A DNA stretch of 34,642 bases from IMG/VR virus record IMGVR_UViG_3300034148_000022, positions 1-34,642 of that record, one strand, 5' to 3'. Source of the stretch: a virus (Duplodnaviria; Caudoviricetes). Position numbers and translations under genes: made by a program. Positions 12,670 to 22,604 of this stretch are shown here, one piece after another; position 1 is the stretch's first letter, and each line of letters starts with the position of its first letter. The notes under the pieces were generated by a model. The model was not told where the DNA came from, searched no databases, and was given only the letters and a program-made list of their open reading frames with translations.

Positions 12670-14301
12670 ATGGCCGAAGCGGTCACGATCTTCAAGCCGG
12701 GCAAGGCCTCGGAAGCCGAGCCGGATGAACTGCAGACCGAAGCTTTGCAGCGGCTGCAGGACGCGCGCGCGCAGAAGCAGCTCAGTATCAACGATATCGA
12801 GCAGTGCTATTTCTACGCCTCACCGCGCCGGGTTCGCTCGCAGCAATCGCAGTCGCAGAACAACCTGCCGTCGAACGACGCCGACGAACTGCACACCTCG
12901 CTGGCCTACGAATGCAGCGAGGATTTCCTCGAGATGATCATCGAAAGTTTCATGCCCGAGGCGGTCAAATGGGCCGAGCGGCGGCCGGATCCCGGCCTGG
13001 ACAAGGTGGCGCAGCAGGTGATCGAGCATGATGCGGGGATCGCCGACGACATGATCTTCGATCTGCTGCGCGCGTCGAATTTCTATGCCGAGCTGGCCAA
13101 GCAGGCGGTGCCCGACGGCGCGATCGGCGTGTTCGCCATGATCATCCGCGACAAGGCGCAGCACAAACCGGTTCTGTGTCTGGGCCAGGCCATCCGGCAG
13201 ATTGAAATCAACATCGGCCCCGATGGCGCGGTCGACGATCGCTTCATGATCCGGCGGGTGAAGAACCGCAACCTCAAGGCCGAGCTGCCCGGCATCAAGC
13301 TGCCCGACGACGTCGAGAAGAAGGTGAAGGACGCGCCCAACGAAAAAACCGAGGTGATCTGGGGTTATTGGCGCGACTGGTCGAATGTCGCCGACGAGGA
13401 ATGGCAGCATGTCGTCCTGGTGCAGAACAAGAAGGTGCATGACGCCAAGCTCAAGGGCGAGGGCTGCTGCGAGTTCATCGTTGGGCGGTTCGGCTCGTCG
13501 CCGGATTTCGCCTGGCCGGAAGGTCCGCTGATCCGCGCGCTGCCCGAGTTTCATCTGGTCGATGACACCGAGAAGGCGTTCATCGAAAACATGGAGTTCA
13601 CGATCCGGCCGCCGATCGCCTATGACGACGACAACGTGATGAATTTCGAAAACGGCATCGAGCCGGGCATGGCCTATCCGCGCCGGCCCGGCGGCAACCG
13701 CGATTCGATCGAGAAGATCTACGACCCGAATCCGCTCGACGCCGCGATGTTCCAGCATGACCGGCGCGAGTCGCGGATCCGCCGACTGCACTACGTCGAT
13801 TTCCCCGAGCAGCTCGGCAAGACCCCACCCACTGCAGAACAGTGGATGGATCAGATGGTCAAAGCCCAAAAGAAAATCGGCGCGCCCGGTTTCTCGTTCT
13901 GGCGCGAGTTTCCCTATCAGGTGTTCAAGCGTTTCCAGTACATCGCGGAAAAGCGCGGCGTGGTGCCGAAGCTCGAATACCAGGGCAAGGAGGTTTCGCT
14001 CGCGGCCTATAACCCGGCGCAGCGTGCGCAGGAAAACCAGGAAGTGCTGACCGCGATGCGGCTCCTGGAAATCATCAACACCGCCTTCCCGCAGATGGGC
14101 CAGATGCTGATCAACGGCATCACCACCTCGGCCAATCTCAAGGACAAGCTCGGCGACAAACTGGTCGAGTTCAATGACATGAAGCAGATCCAGCAGATGG
14201 CGCAGGTGGCCGCCAGCGCCGCGGGCCTTGGTGGCGAGGGCGGTGCGCCACCTGAAGAAGGCGCGCCACCGGAAGGGGCGCCGCCGGGACCACCGATGTG
14301 A
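12670..14301 (+). CDS. Portal (head-tail connector) protein, 543 aa
   Basis: Size, position, ASNFYAEL and PPTAEQW motifs of T7/BPP-1-type portals, Q/P/G-rich tail. Confidence 0.9.
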   Translation: MAEAVTIFKPGKASEAEPDELQTEALQRLQDARAQKQLSINDIEQCYFYASPRRVRSQQSQSQNNLPSNDADELHTSLAYECSEDFLEMIIESFMPEAVKWAERRPDPGLDKVAQQVIEHDAGIADDMIFDLLRASNFYAELAKQAVPDGAIGVFAMIIRDKAQHKPVLCLGQAIRQIEINIGPDGAVDDRFMIRRVKNRNLKAELPGIKLPDDVEKKVKDAPNEKTEVIWGYWRDWSNVADEEWQHVVLVQNKKVHDAKLKGEGCCEFIVGRFGSSPDFAWPEGPLIRALPEFHLVDDTEKAFIENMEFTIRPPIAYDDDNVMNFENGIEPGMAYPRRPGGNRDSIEKIYDPNPLDAAMFQHDRRESRIRRLHYVDFPEQLGKTPPTAEQWMDQMVKAQKKIGAPGFSFWREFPYQVFKRFQYIAEKRGVVPKLEYQGKEVSLAAYNPAQRAQENQEVLTAMRLLEIINTAFPQMGQMLINGITTSANLKDKLGDKLVEFNDMKQIQQMAQVAASAAGLGGEGGAPPEEGAPPEGAPPGPPM

Positions 14302-14681
14302 CCGAGGCCGTCAAGATCAGGGAAGCGGCGTTCGAGGCCTGCCAGCGGATTGCCGGCTCGCCGACGGTGCGGCGCGATGTCGACGTGCTGCGGCGGTATC
14401 TGCAGCATGTCCTGATGGAGGTGGCGCATCCGGGGTCCGAGGCTTGTGCGTTGATCCTGCAAAATGGAAGGCGCAATTTCTGCCGGGATATTTTGATCAT
14501 GTTCGAGGACGCCGAGCTAAATGCCGCCCGAAGCAGCACCAGCACCAGCCCCGTCGCCGGGCTTGTCTTCCCTGGTGAGTCCCGAGCCGGCCGCGACACC
14601 CGGATCCGCAGCGGCGGTCCCCGCCGGTTCGCAGCCGCCGCCGACCGGCCAGACGCCCCCGACACCCCCGAGCCGGCCTGA
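14298..14681 (+). CDS. Small post-portal protein (Bbp19-like position); 3' end overlaps the scaffold gene
   Basis: GTGA overlap with the portal; QNGRRNF motif; synteny. Confidence 0.6.
   Translation: MTEAVKIREAAFEACQRIAGSPTVRRDVDVLRRYLQHVLMEVAHPGSEACALILQNGRRNFCRDILIMFEDAELNAARSSTSTSPVAGLVFPGESRAGRDTRIRSGGPRRFAAAADRPDAPDTPEPA
14445..14479 (+). promoter_or_regulatory. TGTGCGTTGA promoter-like motif, copy 2
   Basis: TGTGCG-TTGATC-17 nt-CAATTT upstream of scaffold and capsid. Confidence 0.6.
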
Positions 14682-15306
14682 CTATATTCCCGAGGAACAC
14701 TGGGACGCCGAGACGGGCGCGCCCAAGGACACCTTCGTCAAGCACGTCGCCGAGCTTGAGACGGCGCACAAGGAACTGACCGAGAAAGCGGCGGCGATCC
14801 CGAAGGATCCGGCCGGCTACAAGGTCGAGCTTCCGCCCGAGGTGATCACCGAGCTGGCCGCGAAGTACAAAGAGGTGCCGGCGGTCGACATCAAGCTCGA
14901 CCCGGAGCATCCGCTGATCGGGGCGGCGCAGAAGATCCTGCACAAGCACAAAGCCTCGCCGGAAATCCTCACGGAGATGGCACGCGAGTTTCTCGATTTC
15001 CAGGTCGCGGCCAAGGCCTTCGACCAGCGGTTCCTGCTCGATGAATTTGCCAAGCTCGGCCCGCAGGCCACGGCCTCGGCGCGCTACCGCGCCCTGACCG
15101 CGAGTGCCACCGCGCAGATCGGCGCCGCGGATGCCGAGGTTCTGACCAACGAGATTCGCAGCGCGGCCGGCTTCAACGTGATCGAGAAGCTGCTGCTGCA
15201 GAAGGCCAACCAGGGTGTGAGCCAGCCGAATGGCCACGCCCATGAGACGCCCACGCCTCCCCCTGCGAAGTGGGAGGATCGATTGTACCCTGATCGAAAG
15301 GTCTAA
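14521..15306 (+). CDS. Capsid scaffolding/assembly protein, 261 aa
   Basis: Pro/Ala-rich N-terminus, RPDYIPEEHWD motif, helical body, C-terminal RLYP; immediately before the capsid gene. Confidence 0.8.
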   Translation: MPPEAAPAPAPSPGLSSLVSPEPAATPGSAAAVPAGSQPPPTGQTPPTPPSRPDYIPEEHWDAETGAPKDTFVKHVAELETAHKELTEKAAAIPKDPAGYKVELPPEVITELAAKYKEVPAVDIKLDPEHPLIGAAQKILHKHKASPEILTEMAREFLDFQVAAKAFDQRFLLDEFAKLGPQATASARYRALTASATAQIGAADAEVLTNEIRSAAGFNVIEKLLLQKANQGVSQPNGHAHETPTPPPAKWEDRLYPDRKV

Positions 15307-15309
15307 CCC

Positions 15310-16296
15310 ATGGCGGTAATTGGTGGCGATTGGCCGACGTTGCTTGATGTGCAAACGCGGCTGGATCCGAGCGGCAAGACCGCGATGATCATCGAGATGC
15401 TGCAGCAGTCGAACGAGATTCTGCTCGACGCGCCGTGGTTCGAGGGCAACCTGCAGAACGGGCATGAGGTGACGCAGCGCACCGGGTTGCCGCTGGTCTA
15501 TTACCGGCGCATCAACCAGGGCGTCCCGCACTCAAAGTCGACCACCGCGCAGATCAGCGTGCAGGCGGCGATGCTCGAGGCTATGTCGAAGATCGACGTC
15601 CGCCTCGCCGAGCGGAACGGCAAAGGCTGGATGGCCTCGGAAGAATCGGCCTACGCCGAGTCGATGAACCAGCAGCTGGCCGAGACGCTGTTCTACGGCG
15701 ACGTCACCGCGGTGCCCGAGGAGTTTCCCGGCCTCGCGATTCAGTACAGCTCCAAGACCGCGCCATCCGGCCGCAACATCGTCGACGCCGGCGGCACCAC
15801 CACCGACAACACCTCGATCTGGCTGATCACCTGGGGCCAGCGCGCCACGCACATGTTCTACCCGAAGGGGCTGAACGGCGGCATGCAGATGGAGGATCTG
15901 GGCAAGCAGATCGCGACCGACGATGCCGGCCTCGAGTTCATGGCGTTCCGGTCCCACTGGAAGATGACACCGGGCGTGGCGGTCAACAACTGGATGACCA
16001 ACGTCCGCATCGCCAACATCGACGTGGCGAATCTCGTCGCCAACACGACGCCGCCCGACGTGCTGCTGTACATGACCCGCGCGGTTCACAAGATCCCGAA
16101 GGCGCTGCGCGGTGGCGGCAAGATGGCGTTCTATTGCAATGCGACCGTGTTCACGATGCTGGACATCCAGGCGCAGCGGCAGAGCAACGTCTACCTGACG
16201 GTCGGCCAGGAGGAAGGCCAGTCGAAGGTGTCGTTCCGCGGCATCCCGATCCGCCAGTGCGACCAGATCCTCGACACCGAGGACCGCGTGGTCTGA
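15310..16296 (+). CDS. Major capsid protein (epsilon15 gp7/BPP-1 Bbp17-like), 328 aa
   Basis: IIEMLQQSNEILLD, RTGLP, LFYGD, RIANID and FRGIPIRQCDQILDTE motifs. Confidence 0.93.
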   Translation: MAVIGGDWPTLLDVQTRLDPSGKTAMIIEMLQQSNEILLDAPWFEGNLQNGHEVTQRTGLPLVYYRRINQGVPHSKSTTAQISVQAAMLEAMSKIDVRLAERNGKGWMASEESAYAESMNQQLAETLFYGDVTAVPEEFPGLAIQYSSKTAPSGRNIVDAGGTTTDNTSIWLITWGQRATHMFYPKGLNGGMQMEDLGKQIATDDAGLEFMAFRSHWKMTPGVAVNNWMTNVRIANIDVANLVANTTPPDVLLYMTRAVHKIPKALRGGGKMAFYCNATVFTMLDIQAQRQSNVYLTVGQEEGQSKVSFRGIPIRQCDQILDTEDRVV

Positions 16297-16298
16297 AC

Positions 16299-16322
16299 AC
16301 CTGATCGACGACCTGATCGACG
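16299..16322. repeat. Perfect 12-bp tandem duplication ACCTGATCGACG x2
   Basis: Lies directly between the capsid stop and the cement gene SD. Confidence 0.85.
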
Positions 16323-16334
16323 AAAGGAACGAAC

Positions 16335-16784
16335 ATGCTCCTCGACCAAGAACAGGTTCTGGCTGATCGCGTTGCGATCACGACCACCGCCATCATGCCG
16401 CACGTCAAGGATCTGGGACCGTTCAGCGGCACGCCGCCGAATACGTTCCGCGACATTGGCGGGGGGCAATGGCCGCCCTGGCTCTATATCCTGGTCACGA
16501 CCGCGTTCGCCGGCGGCACCTCGATCGTGTTCGAGGTTCTGAGCGACGACAATGCGGCACTGTCGACGCCGACGATCCACTATTCCACGGCGGCGATCCC
16601 GCTGGCCTCGCTGGTGAAGGGCTACGAGCTGAAGACGGCGCTGCCGCCGTCGCAGTACCAGCAGTATCTCGGCGTGCGCGCGACTGTGGCGGGCACGATG
16701 ACGGGCGGCGCCGTGATCGTGGCGATCGTCGAGGATGTCGACAAGATCCGCCAGTACCGGGGCAATTCGCCCAGTTCAGCGTAA
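16335..16784 (+). CDS. Capsid cement/decoration protein (Bbp16-like), 149 aa
   Basis: MLLD start, DLG, VTTAFAGG, LVKG, QYLGVRATV and MTGG motifs; follows the capsid gene. Confidence 0.8.
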   Translation: MLLDQEQVLADRVAITTTAIMPHVKDLGPFSGTPPNTFRDIGGGQWPPWLYILVTTAFAGGTSIVFEVLSDDNAALSTPTIHYSTAAIPLASLVKGYELKTALPPSQYQQYLGVRATVAGTMTGGAVIVAIVEDVDKIRQYRGNSPSSA

Positions 16785-16794
16785 GGAGCTTTCC

Positions 16795-17145
16795 ATGGCC
16801 AAGTATGAAGCGATCGGCAAGCTCTGGCTGACGCTGGATCAGGCGCGCGGCCCGCGGCTGATCCGCGAAGGCGAGAAGTTCGAATATGACGGCTGGCCGA
16901 ATGCGATGATGCAGCCGCTCGACGAGGCGGGCGAGCAGAACGTCGCCACGCTGAAGGTGGCGCGTCCGCGCTATGGCGACAAGCTGCCGGAGACGCCCGA
17001 GAAGGCCCGTGCCGTGATGAAGGTCGACAAGGCCGGGCCGGTGTCCGCCGGAGACGACAAGCCGTCGATCGGCGACAAGCCGGGACCGGGCCGGGTCAGG
17101 GGCAAGGACGACGACGACGACAAGCCGGGGCTTGGCCGGAAGTAG
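16795..17145 (+). CDS. Hypothetical protein, 116 aa
   Basis: TAAGGAG SD before the ATG at 16795. Confidence 0.8.
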   Translation: MAKYEAIGKLWLTLDQARGPRLIREGEKFEYDGWPNAMMQPLDEAGEQNVATLKVARPRYGDKLPETPEKARAVMKVDKAGPVSAGDDKPSIGDKPGPGRVRGKDDDDDKPGLGRK

Positions 17146-17178
17146 GACGCGGCCGTCGCGTCGGACAGGAGCCGCGCG

Positions 17179-18135
17179 ATGAACCATCATATCTACCGCG
17201 ACCCGCTCAAGGCGATCGGCAACGCGGAAGACCCGCGCGTTACTGATCCCGATGAGGTACCGGCCTCGCTGGTCGGGCTGAACCGCGGCATCCTCAAGTC
17301 GCTGCAGGACATCGGCAGCGGCGGCGGTGGCGGCGGTGGCGGCGAGGTTGGCGGGGCGACCGCTGCCAACCAGGTCGTCGGCAACGACTCTCTCTCCTCC
17401 ATCGACACCAAGCTGGATGCGCAGGCGACCGCAGCGAACCAGGCTGCGGCCAACGCCCTGCTCACGTCGATCGACACCAAGGTCGGGACCGCGCCGCCTG
17501 GTGGCACGACCGCAGCCAACCAGACCGCCACGCACGCGCCGGTCGCGCCGGCTGCGGCGACGGCGACCAAGAGCCAACTGGCTGGCGGGCAATACAACGC
17601 GGCGGCGCCCGTCATGACTGACGGTCAGCAAGCCTCGCTGCAACTCGGCAGTAACGGCCAACTGCTGATCGGCGTGATGACCTCGACGACCGGACTGGGC
17701 AAGGCCGAGGATTCGGTCCATGCGTCTGGCTCCACCGGCATCATGTCGCTCGGCGTGCGCCAGGATGTTGCCGCCTCGCTCGCCGGGACCGACGGCGACT
17801 ACACTCCTCCGATCATGGATTCGCTCGGCCGGCAGTGGGTCCGTGTCGGCGCGGTCGACGATGCCGTCGCAGCGGCGGCCCTCTCCAACATCGCGTCCGC
17901 GATCACGTCGACGCAGGTGGTCGCGGCGAACGCCGCCCGCAAAGGCCTGCTGCTGGTCAACGACGACGCCAACGTCTGCTATGTGAAATACGGCACGGCG
18001 GCATCCGCGACCAGCTACACGGTCGCCCTGGTGACCGGCGCCTATTGGGAAATGCCGCGACCCACCTATACCGGCATCATTCACGCGATTTGGGCGGGTG
18101 ACGGCGCGGGTTCGCTCCGCGTCACGGAGCTGTAG
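17179..18135 (+). CDS. Putative head fibre/virion protein with TAANQ repeats, 318 aa
   Basis: AGGAG SD; Gly run; three TAANQ and two SIDTK repeats; beta-rich C-terminal domain. Confidence 0.65.
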   Translation: MNHHIYRDPLKAIGNAEDPRVTDPDEVPASLVGLNRGILKSLQDIGSGGGGGGGGEVGGATAANQVVGNDSLSSIDTKLDAQATAANQAAANALLTSIDTKVGTAPPGGTTAANQTATHAPVAPAAATATKSQLAGGQYNAAAPVMTDGQQASLQLGSNGQLLIGVMTSTTGLGKAEDSVHASGSTGIMSLGVRQDVAASLAGTDGDYTPPIMDSLGRQWVRVGAVDDAVAAAALSNIASAITSTQVVAANAARKGLLLVNDDANVCYVKYGTAASATSYTVALVTGAYWEMPRPTYTGIIHAIWAGDGAGSLRVTEL

Positions 18136-18136
18136 G

Positions 18137-19264
18137 ATGCCGCTGTTTCCTCCTCCCGCGACCGGCGGCGGTGGCTACGTTCACCCCAACCATACCGGCG
18201 AGGTGGCGTCGGTTGCTGACGGCGCGACGACGATCGCGGCCGGCGTGGTGACCAATGCCAAATTTCCGAATGTGCTGACGCAGACGATCAAGGGCCGCAA
18301 CACTGCGGGCACCGGCGCGGTCGAGGATCTGACCGCCGCCAACGCGCGGAACATCGTCCATCCGTATTCATCGAACCTGTCGAACATGCTGTTCAATGGC
18401 GGGTTCGACGACGGGACATTGGGCTGGACCGAAGCCGGTACTGTCGCCCAGATCGTCGACAATGCTGGCGTGGCGGGGTCGCAGTATATTTCCCTGACGC
18501 CGGCGTCCAATGTGATCCACAATGCTTTCTTGTTTGTGGAGGAAGGTCAGCTTCTAGAATTTGTCGCCATGTTTAAGGGTAATGCGGCCGGCTCCAACAA
18601 TTTCCGCATGACCTATTACTTCTACGACGAAGCAAACGCCAATCCGCTGACTGTAAATACTCAATTCTCCAGCACGACGGCTTGGCAGAAGGGCACGGTC
18701 CTGGTCGTTGTCCCGCCGGGCAAGCGGAAAATGCGCTGCCGGGTGGAGCATGTGACCGGCTCCGCGGCCTCGCTGATGTATGTGGATCACGTCTCCATCC
18801 GGCGCGAATTGTCGAATGGCCGGATGCTGGCGCTGGCCAATCCGAATGTGTCGCACACCGGCAACCTGACCGAGACGACGCTGGCGACGATCAACATTCC
18901 CGCCATCCTGGGCGCGAACGGCATCCTGCGGATCATGCCGCTGTGGACCGCCAATAACAGCGCGGGCAACAAGACCTTGCGCATCCGCTTCAGCGGCGCG
19001 GCGGGAACGATCTTCTTTGAACGGCCCCTGACGACGCAGTTGGTCGAGCAGGATTACGTGATGATCCGCAACCAGACGGCGGGCACCCAGATTGGTCATA
19101 GCCCCATCTCCATCGGTATCGGCAACGGCAATACCGGGGATCTGGTGACGGGGGCGGTCGACACGACGGTCGCGACCACGGTGGTCATCACCGGCCAGCT
19201 TGCGCTTGGCACCGACAGCATCACCCTCAAGTCCTATACGGTCGAGCTGCTGCTGCCCAACTAG
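18137..19264 (+). CDS. Putative fibre protein with carbohydrate-binding (CBM4/9-like) domain, 375 aa
   Basis: GGAG SD; fibre-like VTNAKF..TIKGR..EDLT segment; NMLFNGGFDDG..GWT...YVDHVSI jelly-roll signature. Confidence 0.65.
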   Translation: MPLFPPPATGGGGYVHPNHTGEVASVADGATTIAAGVVTNAKFPNVLTQTIKGRNTAGTGAVEDLTAANARNIVHPYSSNLSNMLFNGGFDDGTLGWTEAGTVAQIVDNAGVAGSQYISLTPASNVIHNAFLFVEEGQLLEFVAMFKGNAAGSNNFRMTYYFYDEANANPLTVNTQFSSTTAWQKGTVLVVVPPGKRKMRCRVEHVTGSAASLMYVDHVSIRRELSNGRMLALANPNVSHTGNLTETTLATINIPAILGANGILRIMPLWTANNSAGNKTLRIRFSGAAGTIFFERPLTTQLVEQDYVMIRNQTAGTQIGHSPISIGIGNGNTGDLVTGAVDTTVATTVVITGQLALGTDSITLKSYTVELLLPN

Positions 19265-19267
19265 CCG

Positions 19268-19302
19268 TGTGCGTTGATTTGTCCGGCGTTCGGCGGCACC
19301 TT
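19268..19302 (+). promoter_or_regulatory. TGTGCGTTGA promoter-like motif, copy 3 (leaderless geometry)
   Basis: TGTGCG-TTGATT-17 nt-CACCTT-7 nt-ATG(19310); intergenic. Confidence 0.7.
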
Positions 19303-19309
19303 CCGGGGC

Positions 19310-19909
19310 ATGTTCAACAAGCTGAGTATCGTGAATGACTGTCTCGGTTTGACGGGCAATGCCCTCTGCAATGCCGAGGAAGACGGGTCCGACGAGTGGA
19401 GGGTGGCCTCGATCGCCTATGAGGCGGCGATCCTCGATCTGCTGGCCGCCCATGACTGGAAGTTCGCCACCGCCATCCAGCATATGACCCGGCTCGGGGA
19501 TTCACCCGATACGGAATACCAGGACGAATACGCCAAGCCGGCGAACAGTTTGAGCCTGATCTGGGTCCGGGTTTACGGCCAGGACGTCGACTGGAAGATC
19601 GTCGGCAACAAGGTGCTGGTATCGGCGGGCGATGCGCCCAATGGCGAGGTCACCGCCAAGATCGTGCTGCAGCCTCTCCCCGAGCAACTGCATCCGCTGT
19701 TCGTCAAGGCACTGCGCAGCTTCGTGCGCGCCGGCATTTTCGGCGGCCTGAACGAGGATCACGGCGAGGCCCGGCGCGAACGGGAGGAGGGCGAGGCCTA
19801 CATCCAGCAGGCCAAAACCAAGAGCGACCAGGAGCAGCGCGCCCGGCCGGTCTACCGCTCGACCTGGCTGCGCACCCGCAGCACCCGCAAGGCGCCGATG
19901 CCATGGTGA
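19310..19909 (+). CDS. Tail tubular protein A/adaptor, 199 aa
   Basis: KLSIVNDCL..G, HDWKFAT and PLFVKAL motifs; precedes the nozzle gene. Confidence 0.85.
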   Translation: MFNKLSIVNDCLGLTGNALCNAEEDGSDEWRVASIAYEAAILDLLAAHDWKFATAIQHMTRLGDSPDTEYQDEYAKPANSLSLIWVRVYGQDVDWKIVGNKVLVSAGDAPNGEVTAKIVLQPLPEQLHPLFVKALRSFVRAGIFGGLNEDHGEARREREEGEAYIQQAKTKSDQEQRARPVYRSTWLRTRSTRKAPMPW

Positions 19910-22602
19910 TCCCGGCCAACCTTCCCCGGCAGCAGGATTTCTCTGCCGGCCAGCTCGACCCGCGTACCCGCCGCGGCGACGACATCCCGCTGTTCCGCGC
20001 GGGCGCGCGCACGGCGCGCAACTTTCGCATTGCCAACAGCCGCGCGCTGGTGATGCGCCCGGCGCGCAAGGCGCTGTTCATCGAGGACGCCCGCTGCGAC
20101 GAGGTGCGGATGGAAAGCGGCGTCACCTATTACCTGTGCTTTGGCGCCGGCACGCTGCGGATCCGCGACAGCGACGGCCTCACGCTGGCGGCCCGCGCCG
20201 GGTTCCCCTGGACGCTGCTCAATTGCCGGTTCGCGTCGTGGGCGATGACCGATCTGGGCGACATCGTGGTCTGCTTCACCAACATGCGCCCGGTGGTGAT
20301 CCGGCGCCTGGTCGACGACAACTTCGTGGTGACCTGGACCTTCACCGAGTTCACGTTCGACCTCGGCCCTGACAGCGTGCCGCGGGTGCCGCTGTTCCGC
20401 ATGGCCGAGCGGGGCGTCACCATGACGCCGTCGGACCAGGAACTGGGTCCGATCACGATCCACTGGTCGGCGGACGTCCTGACCGGCAACCATGTCGGCT
20501 CGATCTTCACTTTCGCCAACCGGCGCATCCGCATCGACAAGCACATCAGTGCGCGGGACGCCGAGGCGACGGTGCTGGAGAAGCTCTACCCGCTGCAGAT
20601 GCTGACCATCCTTGGCCCGCTCGACGTGTCCGTGCCGGGCGGCCCCGGCCCCGGCGTGGCGGGCTATTCGGTCGGCGAGATTGTCATCGGCGACGAAAGC
20701 GACAACGAGGGCGAAATCGTCAAGATCGACCTCGCGCTGAACCGGATCTGGGTGCAACTGCTCAACACCCACACCAGCTATTTCTGGAACTCAGACCAGG
20801 ATCCGCCGAAGCCGGGCGAATGGATCGTCGGGCCGAAGGAACGTGGCCGGCTCGCGATCAAGCCGCAATTTGGCTCGCCGCTGCCGACGCTGACCTGGAA
20901 CGAGCAGATGATTTCGGACGCGAATGGCTGGCCGCAGTCCTGCACCAACGATCGCAACCGGCTGACCTTCACCGATCTGCCGAAGACCAAGGAAGCGATC
21001 CTGTGGTCGGCGATCGGCGCGCCGTATGACTTCGACATCGACGGCACGCCGGACGGCGCCATGGCCGAGCTGTGCAGCGGCAAGCCGCGCGTCTACCACG
21101 TCCTCGGCGGCGCCGATCAATACGTTTTTACAGATCAGGGCGTTTTTTATATTCCTATCAGCGAGAATGCGCCGCTGCAGACCGGCTCGGTGAAGTTTCG
21201 CCCGGTGTCCAAGGATGCGTCCGATCGGGTGCGCCCGCTCGAGACGACCGAGGGCCACGTCTACCTCAACGCCGGGCGCAACAAGCTGCTGGCGATCGTG
21301 GCCACCGGGCAGACGGCGCGGCCCTACATGATCCGCCACCTGACCGATTATCACGGCGAGCTGTTCGCGGTGCCGATGGCACTGGCGGCCTCGACCGGCG
21401 ACAAGGATTATCCCGAGCGGTACATCTACGTCCTCAATACCAACGGCACGGTCTGCGTCGGCAAATACAACACCGAGCGGGACTGGATCGGCTGGGTGCC
21501 GTGGGACGGCGCCGGCACGGTGAAGTGGATATCGTCGCTCGACGCCAACGTGACGTTCTGCACGCAGTATCAATTCGGCAGCACCGAGTTTCCGGTGGTG
21601 GTCGAGAGGTTCGACCCGCTGGCGTGGCTCGACGGCGCGGTGCGGCTCAACGACATCCCGGCGGCTTTGGCCAGCGGGCAGGATCCCGAGTTCGAGCATT
21701 ACCGCACGGCGGGCGTGCCGATCGGCGACATGTCGGAGAATGCCACGCGCGAGGCGGCGTTCGATTCCGTGATCCAGCAGACGGCGGACAAGTGCGCGAA
21801 GAAGACTGCGGCCGAGGGCTGGGTCGGACGGTTCACCACGGTCGGACACACGGTGAGCAAGGCGACGTTCTATCCCTCGATCGACCAGGGCTTCACCGAC
21901 GCGGCGAATGTCACGCTGCAGATCTACGGCTCGAACACGCTGCCGGCCAACGCCAGCGATGGCGTGCTGATGGGCACCACCACGATCGCCGATCAGACCA
22001 CCCCCGTGACCATCATCGGCACGCATCCGACGACAGCCTATCCGTATCGCTGGGTGCGCGTGTCGCAGACCGGCGGCACCTACGTCCTGCTGTCCGAGGT
22101 CGTGTTCTTCACGCAGGGCGACAAGCGCGAGTCGACGCGCGGCGCCACCGGGCCGCTGTGGTGGATGGCGACCGGCACCGTCGATGTCGCGGACCAGTGG
22201 CGCTATCTCGGCGAGCGGACGGTCGATGCCAACGGCAACCTGGTCCTGAAGCCGGACGATGTCTTCACCGGCACCTACGTCTATGTCGGCGAGAAGTGGA
22301 CCGCGACATTCGAGCCGCTGTTCCCGCACGCCAACAGCGGCCAGTCGGTGCAGCAGACCCACCGCAAGCGCAAGATCCGCAAGGCGGTGCTGGCACTGAA
22401 GCATGTCGGCGGGTTCGAGTTCTGCAACCGGCGCATCTCGGGCTGGGGCCAGGGCGACAACGAAAGCCTGATGCCGGCCTGGCGCGAGGAGGCGCTGCCG
22501 TTCCGCTCGCTCGGCCGTGCGGTCGACCCGCGGCGCGTCCTGATCAAGGACATTCCTGGGCCGATGGACATCCTGGAGTTTTCTGCAGATACGACGGTGT
22601 AG
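19903..22602 (+). CDS. Tail tubular protein B/nozzle, 899 aa
   Basis: DFSAGQLDP start, GWPQSC...RLTF and ILWSAIG..YDF motifs; size; synteny. Confidence 0.88.
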   Translation: MVIPANLPRQQDFSAGQLDPRTRRGDDIPLFRAGARTARNFRIANSRALVMRPARKALFIEDARCDEVRMESGVTYYLCFGAGTLRIRDSDGLTLAARAGFPWTLLNCRFASWAMTDLGDIVVCFTNMRPVVIRRLVDDNFVVTWTFTEFTFDLGPDSVPRVPLFRMAERGVTMTPSDQELGPITIHWSADVLTGNHVGSIFTFANRRIRIDKHISARDAEATVLEKLYPLQMLTILGPLDVSVPGGPGPGVAGYSVGEIVIGDESDNEGEIVKIDLALNRIWVQLLNTHTSYFWNSDQDPPKPGEWIVGPKERGRLAIKPQFGSPLPTLTWNEQMISDANGWPQSCTNDRNRLTFTDLPKTKEAILWSAIGAPYDFDIDGTPDGAMAELCSGKPRVYHVLGGADQYVFTDQGVFYIPISENAPLQTGSVKFRPVSKDASDRVRPLETTEGHVYLNAGRNKLLAIVATGQTARPYMIRHLTDYHGELFAVPMALAASTGDKDYPERYIYVLNTNGTVCVGKYNTERDWIGWVPWDGAGTVKWISSLDANVTFCTQYQFGSTEFPVVVERFDPLAWLDGAVRLNDIPAALASGQDPEFEHYRTAGVPIGDMSENATREAAFDSVIQQTADKCAKKTAAEGWVGRFTTVGHTVSKATFYPSIDQGFTDAANVTLQIYGSNTLPANASDGVLMGTTTIADQTTPVTIIGTHPTTAYPYRWVRVSQTGGTYVLLSEVVFFTQGDKRESTRGATGPLWWMATGTVDVADQWRYLGERTVDANGNLVLKPDDVFTGTYVYVGEKWTATFEPLFPHANSGQSVQQTHRKRKIRKAVLALKHVGGFEFCNRRISGWGQGDNESLMPAWREEALPFRSLGRAVDPRRVLIKDIPGPMDILEFSADTTV

Positions 22603-22604
22603 CC

